Assembly (NCBI GenBank): GCA_028748975.1
Contig: JAQTPI010000001.1
Coordinates: forward strand, 354 to 64,353
Source: Patescibacteria group bacterium
GTDB lineage: Bacteria > Patescibacteriota > Patescibacteriia > UBA2196
Direction of reading: 5' to 3'
DNA: 64,000 nt
Of this stretch, positions 28,354-35,732 are shown one piece after another (the first letter of the stretch is position 1; every line of letters starts with the position of its first letter). The position numbers and the translations under genes were made by a program. The notes under the pieces are model-generated. The model was given only the letters and a program-made list of their open reading frames with translations, was not told the DNA's origin and made no database searches.

Positions 28354-29238
28354 ATGCTTTTTGATTCGCATTGCCACCTCAATTTTTCCGTTTTTGCGGA
28401 AAATTATAGAGAAATAATCGCCGATTGCTTAAAAAAAGAAATCGGCGTTATTAATATCGGTTCGCAATTTGACACCTCCAAGCGCGCGGCCGAAATCGCG
28501 GCGGAATTTCCTAATAAAGAAATTTATGCCAGTGTTGGACTTCATCCGATTCATATTTCTGGCACCGAAGTTGACGATGAAGAGATAAAATTTAAGGGTC
28601 GCGAAGAAAAATTTGATGAAGAAAAATATCAGGAGTTAATTGATAATTATAAAAATAAAATAATTGCGGTGGGAGAAATTGGTTTGGATTATTGGCATAT
28701 ACCAATTAACAATCAACAATTAACAGTTAACAAAAAAGAAAACTGGAAAGAAAAACAAAAAGAAAGTTTTATCGCGCAACTAAATTTTGCGGTGAAAAAT
28801 AACTTACCGGTAATTTTACACGCGCGGGGCAGTAAGGAGAATTCGAACGATGCTTATGAAGATATGTTAAAAATTATCCAATTACAAATTACTAATTACA
28901 AATTACGGATTACTGGCGTCCTTCATTGTTTCGGCTCCAGTCGTAAAATCGCCCAGCAGTTTTTAGACCTCGGCTTCTACCTTGGTTTCACCGGCATCAT
29001 TACTTTCAAAAACAAAAACGTGGAAGAATTAAAAGAGGTGGTAAAAATGGCGCCACTTGATAAAATTTTGGTGGAAACCGACGCGCCCTATCTTTCACCG
29101 GAGCCCTTTCGTGGCAAAAAAAATACGCCACAAAATGTTGAATTTGTGGCGCGCCAAGTGGCGGAGTTGAAAAATACGACTTTTGAAAAAGTGTGCGAAC
29201 AAACAACCAAGAACATTGAAAAGGTTTTCAGGATTTAG
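28354..29238 (+). CDS. tatD: TatD family metal-dependent DNase/hydrolase
   Basis: 'MLFDSHCHLNF' and 'GEIGLDY'. In-frame 'aattaacaat' repeat insertion at 28703-28733. Confidence 0.85.
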   Translation: MLFDSHCHLNFSVFAENYREIIADCLKKEIGVINIGSQFDTSKRAAEIAAEFPNKEIYASVGLHPIHISGTEVDDEEIKFKGREEKFDEEKYQELIDNYKNKIIAVGEIGLDYWHIPINNQQLTVNKKENWKEKQKESFIAQLNFAVKNNLPVILHARGSKENSNDAYEDMLKIIQLQITNYKLRITGVLHCFGSSRKIAQQFLDLGFYLGFTGIITFKNKNVEELKEVVKMAPLDKILVETDAPYLSPEPFRGKKNTPQNVEFVARQVAELKNTTFEKVCEQTTKNIEKVFRI

Positions 29239-29363
29239 GTTTGTGTTTTTTGCGTAAGACATTTTCCAGCCAACGTAGATCATTGGAACTGAATCCTGCC
29301 ACTATGAAGTAAGTTATCACCATACAAACAGCGATGATACCGAGAACAATCCAAATATTCATT
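29228..29363 (-). CDS. small membrane protein (44 aa), hypothetical
   Basis: Strong RBS 'aagaggagg'. MNIWIVLGIIAVCMVITYFIVAGF... Overlaps the convergent tatD 3' end. Confidence 0.4.
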
Positions 29364-29557
29364 TATTTTCCTCCTCTTAAAATATTGTATGTTTTATCGT
29401 GTTATTTTTTGACAGAACAAAGCTTTGATCTTTTTCCGATTTTTATCAATCAAAAAAACTAAAAATCCCAGATAAAGTAATCCTTTGGGAGAAAGTACTA
29501 GTACAGAAACCGCCAATATAAAGATGATTAATTTGATTGCCATGGGCGCTTCTTTCT

Positions 29558-29782
29558 TCATCTTGGTGATCCTTTGGGGTTTGGTTCGGTTGTTAGCAAA
29601 TGATCACAACCACCCTTTCCTTTAATCAAAATACTTTTTCTTTTAGGTAAAAGCAGAAAAAGTTTGGAGTGTTTGTGGCCAAAAGATGTATTTCTGGCTC
29701 GACGTTTTTCTTCAATGGTATTTCTCACACATAATAGAAGAAAAGCAAGAAGCAGGCACAAAATAGCTGCTAACCATTCCAT
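29558..29782 (-). CDS. small membrane protein, hypothetical
   Basis: RBS 'aagggagga'. N-terminal TM helix. Confidence 0.45.
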   Translation of the reverse strand: MEWLAAILCLLLAFLLLCVRNTIEEKRRARNTSFGHKHSKLFLLLPKRKSILIKGKGGCDHLLTTEPNPKGSPR

Positions 29783-29862
29783 AAGTTCCTCCCTTTTTGT
29801 TGATTTTTAAATGAGTGATTTGTTAAACTAAGTTTAATACTTTAAGGTGCGCCAGTCAAATT

Positions 29863-30510
29863 ATGAGTTACCAATCCTGGCAAAGAATCAATTTAGAAAA
29901 CTTAGACGAAAAGGCGCTTGAAGAAAAATACGCCCAAGGTTTTGTTTTGACACGGATTTTTAAACAAATGGATCAGGTGCGCAGTTTGCGGGTAGTTTTG
30001 GAAAAATTCGTGCCCTCTTCGGAAAATAGGCGGATTTTAAGAAAAGGCGAGGAAATTGAAATGCGGGCGCTAAGTTTGCCAATGCCGATAGAAAATTATG
30101 ATTGGCGGATTCACGCCACTGGCGCGAAATTTTATAGTGAAAAATTCGGCCCTGGGACTTTCAGCGCCAATAAAATCAAGGAATTAATCACCAGCAATAA
30201 ATCAAATTTTAATTGCTTGTTAGTTTTTAGCGACAAAAAAACCAACCAAGATATCGGCTGGTCAATTTGTTTTTTAAGTAAAAATATCTTACACTACGCT
30301 TACCCCTTTTATAATTTGTCATATAATAATTTGGGAATTATCATGATGACCAAAACGATTGAATGGGCGAGTGGACAGGGAATTAATTTTTGCTATCTTG
30401 GTTCAATTTGGGATGAAAAGGCAAAATATAAATTGCAATTTTTTCCAGAAGAATTTTTTGACGGAAAAGAATGGCAAGGTGTAGATAAATTATTTTTTAA
30501 CCTGCCCTGA
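29863..30510 (+). CDS. hypothetical protein
   Basis: No family recognised with confidence. Confidence 0.4.
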   Translation: MSYQSWQRINLENLDEKALEEKYAQGFVLTRIFKQMDQVRSLRVVLEKFVPSSENRRILRKGEEIEMRALSLPMPIENYDWRIHATGAKFYSEKFGPGTFSANKIKELITSNKSNFNCLLVFSDKKTNQDIGWSICFLSKNILHYAYPFYNLSYNNLGIIMMTKTIEWASGQGINFCYLGSIWDEKAKYKLQFFPEEFFDGKEWQGVDKLFFNLP

Positions 30511-30640
30511 GGACTCCGACCTAATGTCGGAGGACGAAGGGCACCCTGCGAACTTGGGCAGATAGTATTTTGTAAATCTTATCTTTCTGCCACGGGATCC
30601 TTCGCCCTCGATTGCTATCGGGGCTCAGGATAGATCGTAG
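30505..30640. mobile_element. ~125-bp MITE-like element
   Basis: About 80% identical to the reverse complement of 33418..33545. Shared blocks include 'gacgaagggcaccctgcgaac' and 'tgccacgggatccttcg'. Confidence 0.55.
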
Positions 30641-30648
30641 TTTGTTTA

Positions 30649-30801
30649 CTTATCCGCCTCTACTTTTCTAACTTTAACTTCTTCGCCTTCCACGCCCTCC
30701 ACAGTTAAAGTCATTTGGCAGGCCGGGCATTCAATAAAAGAGCCGGCTTCAGCCGTTTCCACTTCCCAGACATTAGCGCATTCGGGGCAAGTTATTTTCA
30801 T
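30649..30801 (-). CDS. LysW-like zinc-ribbon protein (50 aa)
   Basis: MKITCPECANVWEVETAEAGSFIECPACQMTLTVEGVEGEEVKVRKVEADK. The CPEC-x16-CPAC architecture matches LysW/ArgW carriers, but the C-terminal EDWGE tail is missing. No strong SD. Confidence 0.35.
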
Positions 30802-31002
30802 ATTTTTTTCTTTCTTTGTTTATTCATCTAATAAAGAATAAACTTTAATTATAATAATTTTGTCATTCCGACCGGAGCGACCCCGAGTACTCGGGGGAGC
30901 GAAGTGGAGGAATCCCTTATACTTTCCATTCAAGAAAGTCGAAGGGATCCCTCGACAAGCTCGGGATGACACTGATAATATTGTAATATTTAATAAAGAC
31001 CA

Positions 31003-31977
31003 ATGTCAAATATTTTTTTATCAAAATTTTTGTCAGAGAAATACGGACGTAAAATTTTTATCTGTGACGAGACAAAAAATCCGACTGGTTCGCATAAGGA
31101 CCACTCTTTTGGCGTCTGGCTGGAAAAAATAAAGGAGGAGGGAAATATAAAAGACTCGGTAATTTCGTCTTCCGGCAATGCCGCGGCTTCGGCAGCATAT
31201 TTTGCGCGGCAATTTGGTTTGCTGCTGCATATTTTTGTTTCGGAAAAAATTAGTAAAGAAAAATTGGAGAAAATAAGATTTTTTGCGGATGGCGGCGTCG
31301 GAAATATCCTCCCCTTTCGAAGGGGAGGTCTCCGACAGCAGTCGGAGGGAGGGGTTGTAATTGGAAACAACAACCACCCCGGCTCTCCGCCAGCTGGCGG
31401 ATTCGCCACCCCTCCTTCGAAAGGAGGGGATAGTGACATTGAAATTAAATTAGTGGCGCGGCCAAAATTTGAAGCAGCCAAAGCAGTTAAAGAAAACGAT
31501 TGGTTATTATTGCGCTCGTCCATTAATGATGATGCGCTACTTGGATATGAGTTCTTGGCAAAAGAGCTGGATGTAATTAATCCTAAAACTATTTTTATTC
31601 CCAGTTCTTCTGGTACGCTGGCGGCGGGCTTAGCTAAATTTTTGAAATCAAAACCAGCTTTTCATTTGGTGCAAACGACAAAAGTTAATACTTTGGTTAA
31701 AAATTTTGATCAAGATTTTGTGCCGGAAGAAAAATCTTTGGCCGACGCGATTGTGGATTTAATCGGCCAGCGCCGGCCGCAAGCGGAAGAAATAATCACA
31801 AGTTCCGGTGGTTTTGGTTGGGTAATCAATAATAAAGAAATAGAATCCGCGCGAGCAGAACTAAAAGAAGCCGGGATTGAGTGTTCCTATACTTCGGCGC
31901 TGGGGCTGGCGGGAATGAAGAAAGCGGTGGAGAAAAATTTTGAAGTTAGAGAACCGATTGTTATAATTGTCACTTAG
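31003..31977 (+). CDS. PLP-dependent enzyme, tryptophan-synthase-beta-like fold (threonine synthase/cysteine synthase superfamily)
   Basis: 'DETKNPTGSHKD' is the PLP-lysine motif. Carries a ~125-nt in-frame repeat insertion at 31309-31435. Confidence 0.55.
   Translation: MSNIFLSKFLSEKYGRKIFICDETKNPTGSHKDHSFGVWLEKIKEEGNIKDSVISSSGNAAASAAYFARQFGLLLHIFVSEKISKEKLEKIRFFADGGVGNILPFRRGGLRQQSEGGVVIGNNNHPGSPPAGGFATPPSKGGDSDIEIKLVARPKFEAAKAVKENDWLLLRSSINDDALLGYEFLAKELDVINPKTIFIPSSSGTLAAGLAKFLKSKPAFHLVQTTKVNTLVKNFDQDFVPEEKSLADAIVDLIGQRRPQAEEIITSSGGFGWVINNKEIESARAELKEAGIECSYTSALGLAGMKKAVEKNFEVREPIVIIVT
31309..31435 (+). repeat. palindromic repeat modules inserted in-frame in the PLP-enzyme gene
   Basis: 'cccctttcgaaggggagg...ccgccagctggcgg...cccctccttcgaaaggagggg' encodes 'ILPFRRGGLRQQSEGG...PPAGGFATPPSKGGD'. 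Confidence 0.7.
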
Positions 31978-32059
31978 TAGCACGTCATTCCGAGCGAAGC
32001 GATGGAATCTTGCGACGAGATCCCATCGCCCCTTTGGGGCTCGGGATGACACTGTAATT

Positions 32060-33412
32060 ATGTCTAATATTCTTTTGCTTTCCACCGACCTGGAAAAATT
32101 CTCCTACCTTATGGAAAAAGGCGGTTTTGGTTTGACGACTTTTGCAGACCAAAAAGAAAAGGCAATACCGGAAAACTGGCCAGTGGATTTTGTGGAATAT
32201 AAAGGGAAAAATTCGACACTGGATATTTTGATGGATGAAAAAATAAAAGAAATAAAAGAAAAAACCGGCGCGCGTTTGGTTTATGTTTTTAAAAATAGTT
32301 TTTTAATAGAAAAAGAACTGGCAAAATTAGATTTTTCACCGCTTAATCCGCCAGCGGAATTAACAGAAAAAATTGAAGGCAAAATTAGTCAGGCTGATTT
32401 TTTTCCGGAAATAAAAGAATTTTTTCCGGAATTTATAATTGCCAAACCTGGCGAAAAAACTTGGGAAGAAATAAAAAAAGAATTAGGCGAAAATTTAATC
32501 GCGCAGTTCAACACCAGTCATTCTGGCGCGGGAACTTTTGAACTTTCGGAAAATTTGTGGCAAGAATGGCAAAAGAAATTTCCGCATCGGCCAATTCGTA
32601 TCAGTAAATTTATTGTCGGTGAAACTTTAACTTTAAATCTGGTAGTTTTGCCAACAGCTATAATTCTGGGCGTGCCAAGCAAGCAACTGACCGGCACGCC
32701 GGGTTTGACTGAACATAAATTCACCACCGTCGGCAATGCCTGGATTACTTTTGACGGAGAAACAAAAAATCAAATGGAAACAATTGCCAAGGGTGTCGGC
32801 GCAATTTTACAAAAGAATAATTTTTTTGGTCCGGCGGGTTTGGATTTGATAGTTGAAAAAATACCCAGCACCGATGTCATCCCCGCGCAGGCGGGGATCC
32901 AGAAAAACGGTTCCTGGATTCCGGGTCAAGCCCGGAATGACAGTAGTGGTGAGCGAAAAACTTATTTGATTGAAATTAACGCGCGCCAGCCGGCCTCTTT
33001 CAATTTGGAAAGTTGGCTCGCGAAATTGGCAAACAGAAAAGGGCTATTTGATTATTTGGTTGATTTTTGGCAGGGGAAAATTTTGCCAGCGGAAATGGAG
33101 CCACTCGCGATTTCGGGCGGACAGATTGTGGTGCGTGCCAAAAGCGACTGGTGTGGTATAATAAAATCGACCCCAAAAACAGGCGTTTATGGCCTGGATA
33201 ATGGCCAACTGGTGTTAGTGACCGAGAGGCTCTTTTTAGCCTCAAAAAACGAGTTTTTAGCCCATTTTTGCCCTATAGGACGGCAATGTTTGCCTGGAGG
33301 CGAGGTTTTTCGGGTGCAGACAGGGAAGAACTTTATTGATTCTAATGGTGGGCTAAGTGAAGAGATTTTGACGATAATTGAGAAATTGAAGAAGGAAATA
33401 ATTTTTTATTAA
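32060..33412 (+). CDS. ATP-grasp family ligase
   Basis: C-terminal 'GLDLIVEK...TYLIEINARQP' is the ATP-grasp E-x-N-x-R motif. Start MSNILLL after repeat 31981..32058. In-frame repeat insertion at 32881-32942. Confidence 0.5.
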   Translation: MSNILLLSTDLEKFSYLMEKGGFGLTTFADQKEKAIPENWPVDFVEYKGKNSTLDILMDEKIKEIKEKTGARLVYVFKNSFLIEKELAKLDFSPLNPPAELTEKIEGKISQADFFPEIKEFFPEFIIAKPGEKTWEEIKKELGENLIAQFNTSHSGAGTFELSENLWQEWQKKFPHRPIRISKFIVGETLTLNLVVLPTAIILGVPSKQLTGTPGLTEHKFTTVGNAWITFDGETKNQMETIAKGVGAILQKNNFFGPAGLDLIVEKIPSTDVIPAQAGIQKNGSWIPGQARNDSSGERKTYLIEINARQPASFNLESWLAKLANRKGLFDYLVDFWQGKILPAEMEPLAISGGQIVVRAKSDWCGIIKSTPKTGVYGLDNGQLVLVTERLFLASKNEFLAHFCPIGRQCLPGGEVFRVQTGKNFIDSNGGLSEEILTIIEKLKKEIIFY

Positions 33413-33417
33413 CTTGA

Positions 33418-33545
33418 TTGAAGTCTATCCTGAGGAGGTCCGACAGCAGTCGGACCGACGAAGGATCCCGTGGCAAGCGGGCAAATCTTGCAAAATAAGT
33501 CTGCCCATGTTCGCAGAGGGTCCTTCGTCGCGTGGCTCCTCAGGA
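33418..33545. mobile_element. ~125-bp MITE-like element (inverted relative to 30505..30640)
   Basis: Terminal inverted repeats 'tatcctgaggag'/'ctcctcaggaca'. Confidence 0.55.
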
Positions 33546-33559
33546 CAGGTTTAAAAAAT

Positions 33560-34597
33560 ATGTTGACTCAAATAATTATTTTAATAATCGTCATTGTCGG
33601 CTTCGCGCTGATGTATTTTTTGCTGTCTAAAAAAACCGGTGCGGACGCGGGGCAGGACGAAAAATTGAAAGAAGTGCGCGAGGAGATTGGAAAAATAAAA
33701 GATGAAATGAAAAATAGTTTGGAAAAGAACTTGGATTTTATTCAGAAACAATCATTTAATACTTCACGGATTGTGCAGGATGTCACGAGCAAACTGGAAA
33801 AATTGGAAGCGACCAATAAACAAGTGGTCAGTTTCACCGACCAATTGCAAAACCTGGAAAAAGTTTTGACCAATTCCAAAAATCGCGGCTCCTTGGGCGA
33901 AGCGAATTTGGAATTGATTTTAAGCAACATTTTGCCTCCACAGAATTATGAAATGCAATATCGCTTTAAAGACGGCGAAACCGTGGACGCGGTGATTAAA
34001 ATCAAAAACCACCTTTTGCCGGTGGACGCCAAGTTTTCTTTGGAAAATTATCGCCGGATCTTGGCGGAAACGGATTTGGGCAAAAAAGTGGAACTGGAAA
34101 AAATGTTTAAAAACGATTTGAAAAAAAGAATTGATGAGACCTCCAAATATATCCGGCCGAACGAAGACACCCTGGATTTTGCTTTCATGTTCATTCCGGC
34201 GGAAGGAATTTATTATGATTTGTTAATCAATGAAGTCGGCGCAGTCAAAGTGGACACCGGCGGACTGATTGATTACGCGTTTAAAGAAAAAAAAGTGATT
34301 ATTGTTTCGCCGACGACTTTCGCCGCCTATTTGCAAACGGTTTTGCAGGGTCTGCGCGCACTCCAAATCGAAGAGTCCGCGAAAGAAATTCGGAAGCGCG
34401 TGGAAGAACTCGGCCGGCACATGATTTCGGTTGATTCTTACATGCAAAAACTTGGGAATAATTTGGGCACGGTGGTGAATTCCTATAACGCGACATATAA
34501 AGAATTAGGTAAGGTGGATAAGGATGTAGTTAAGATTACGGAAGGAGAGCGGAAAATAGAGCCATTAACTTTAGAAAAACCACAAATAGAACAATAA
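33560..34597 (+). CDS. rmuC: DNA recombination protein RmuC
   Basis: N-terminal TM helix, coiled coil, 'NRGSLGEANLELILSNILPPQNYEMQYRF' and 'DAVIKIKNHLLPVDAKF'. Confidence 0.75.
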   Translation: MLTQIIILIIVIVGFALMYFLLSKKTGADAGQDEKLKEVREEIGKIKDEMKNSLEKNLDFIQKQSFNTSRIVQDVTSKLEKLEATNKQVVSFTDQLQNLEKVLTNSKNRGSLGEANLELILSNILPPQNYEMQYRFKDGETVDAVIKIKNHLLPVDAKFSLENYRRILAETDLGKKVELEKMFKNDLKKRIDETSKYIRPNEDTLDFAFMFIPAEGIYYDLLINEVGAVKVDTGGLIDYAFKEKKVIIVSPTTFAAYLQTVLQGLRALQIEESAKEIRKRVEELGRHMISVDSYMQKLGNNLGTVVNSYNATYKELGKVDKDVVKITEGERKIEPLTLEKPQIEQ

Positions 34598-34660
34598 AAA
34601 ATTTATCCGCCGGAGCGTTTAAAGGGCTGTTAGGGAGCGCAGGCGGAGAAATTTTAAGTT

Positions 34661-34744
34661 GATAAAGATGTGGTGAAAATTACGGAAGGTGAAAGAAAAA
34701 TAGAACCGCTGGTACTAGAAAAACCAGTAGTGGGGGAGGAATAA
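34661..34744 (+). pseudogene. duplicated remnant of the rmuC 3' end
   Basis: 'gataaagatgtggtgaaaattacggaaggtgaaagaaaaatagaaccg...' is about 80% identical to rmuC codons at 34517-34597 (DKDVVKITEGERKIEP). Confidence 0.6.
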
Positions 34745-34853
34745 AAGTATTAGAAATAATAAAAGTAAAAATAAAAAATCCCGCTTGGTCGAGCCTGGCG
34801 GAATTTTAAATCTGTAGATTTTTGGAAGTTCTTGGCAAAGTGGCCAAGGGTCA

Positions 34854-35153
34854 TTACTCACAACAGATAAAGTCAGAAGCATCCGGCATATCCTCAAATC
34901 GCGTTTCTCCTTTTTCTGTTTTTAAATAAAATTTTATTTTGCCACACGGCCACTTGACTATTCGCGATATGGTATAGGGTCCTTTACCGAGTGATTTCTT
35001 CAAAAAATCAATATGACGCTCGTGGGGGCTGGGGCGTATTTCTACCACATCTCCAATCTTTACCAATTTTTCTTCATCATTTTTGTCTCGTAGCCAAGTC
35101 ATGGCTAACCATAAAAGACCGTAAGTCTTTGTGACTAACGCAAGATCTTCCAT
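34854..35153 (-). CDS. hypothetical protein
   Basis: RBS 'aaaggagag'. The TTGACA-18-TAAGAT promoter at 35190-35235 reads on the minus strand. Confidence 0.45.
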   Translation of the reverse strand: MEDLALVTKTYGLLWLAMTWLRDKNDEEKLVKIGDVVEIRPSPHERHIDFLKKSLGKGPYTISRIVKWPCGKIKFYLKTEKGETRFEDMPDASDFICCE

Positions 35154-35189
35154 AGCACTCTCCTTTATTTGGTTTATGAAACTCACCGA

Positions 35190-35235
35190 TTTTCGATATT
35201 TTTATCTTAGCGCACCTTAATTTTTTTGTCAAGCG
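35190..35235 (-). promoter_or_regulatory. sigma70-like promoter (minus strand) 'gcTTGACAaaaaaatt...TAAGAT'
   Basis: The same 'gcttgacaaaaaaatt' -35 context recurs at 35577-35595 and, in variant form, at 49447-49465. Confidence 0.5.
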
Positions 35236-35289
35236 GAAATAAAAAATCCCGTTCTGGTATCGACCAGGCGGGATTTATTTTTGACACCT

Positions 35290-35523
35290 TTATTTTCTTG
35301 ATACGATGTGTCGGATGGTGGAAATCAGATAGAAAAGAGGCCAAAAAAGTAATATGCCAATTGCAGCAAAGATAAAGCCGAAAATGCCAGCGCCACCAAT
35401 TGCATCCAGCCAACGTGGATTTCCATAGTAATAACCAATTATAGCCCCGATGATCATTCCAATGATGGTGACCCAAAACAAAATATCACCTTCTTTTTCT
35501 ACTATCCTCCAACTGGGTTCCAT
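35290..35523 (-). CDS. small membrane protein, hypothetical
   Basis: RBS 'aaaggaga'. Two TM helices. Terminator-like hairpin just downstream on the minus strand (35245-35285). Confidence 0.5.
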   Translation of the reverse strand: MEPSWRIVEKEGDILFWVTIIGMIIGAIIGYYYGNPRWLDAIGGAGIFGFIFAAIGILLFWPLFYLISTIRHIVSRK

Positions 35524-35554
35524 TTTTTTCTCCTTTTTACTTGGTTTGTATTTT

Positions 35555-35595
35555 TATAGTTTTATTTTACTGCACTGAATTTTTTTGTCAAGCAA
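35555..35595 (-). promoter_or_regulatory. sigma70-like promoter (minus strand) TTGACA-17-TAAAAT
   Basis: Reverse complement reads 'cttgcTTGACAaaaaaattcagtgcagTAAAAT'. Confidence 0.5.
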
Positions 35596-35619
35596 GTATT
35601 CTTATGATAAAGTAGAGCT

Positions 35620-35697
35620 ATGGAAAAATCTCTTAATCCACAACAACTGGAAGCTGTGCGGCAGACCGAAGGACCGCTTTTAATTGTGGTCCCGTAA
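35620..35697 (+). pseudogene. duplicated remnant of the helicase 5' end
   Basis: 'MEKSLNPQQLEAVRQTEGPLLIVVP*' is a truncated copy of the true N-terminus MNEKLNPQQKIAVEQTEGPLLIVAG. It is terminated by the repeat module 'ggtcccgtaaaattcgcttcgctcatcacgggac'. Confidence 0.55.
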
Positions 35698-35732
35698 AAT
35701 TCGCTTCGCTCATCACGGGACGACTTAAATTT

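Noticed and set aside
30649-30801. Calling the zinc-ribbon ORF a bona fide LysW amino-group carrier
   Set aside because: It lacks the acidic C-terminal EDWGE tail whose terminal Glu is the attachment site. Only the zinc-ribbon architecture matches, so it is kept as 'LysW-like' only.
30505-33545. Composite transposon interpretation of the inverted MITE pair
   Set aside because: No transposase or recombinase lies between or next to the copies. Each copy has its own internal terminal inverted repeats, so their opposite orientation may be incidental. It is reported only as an island bracketed by repeats.
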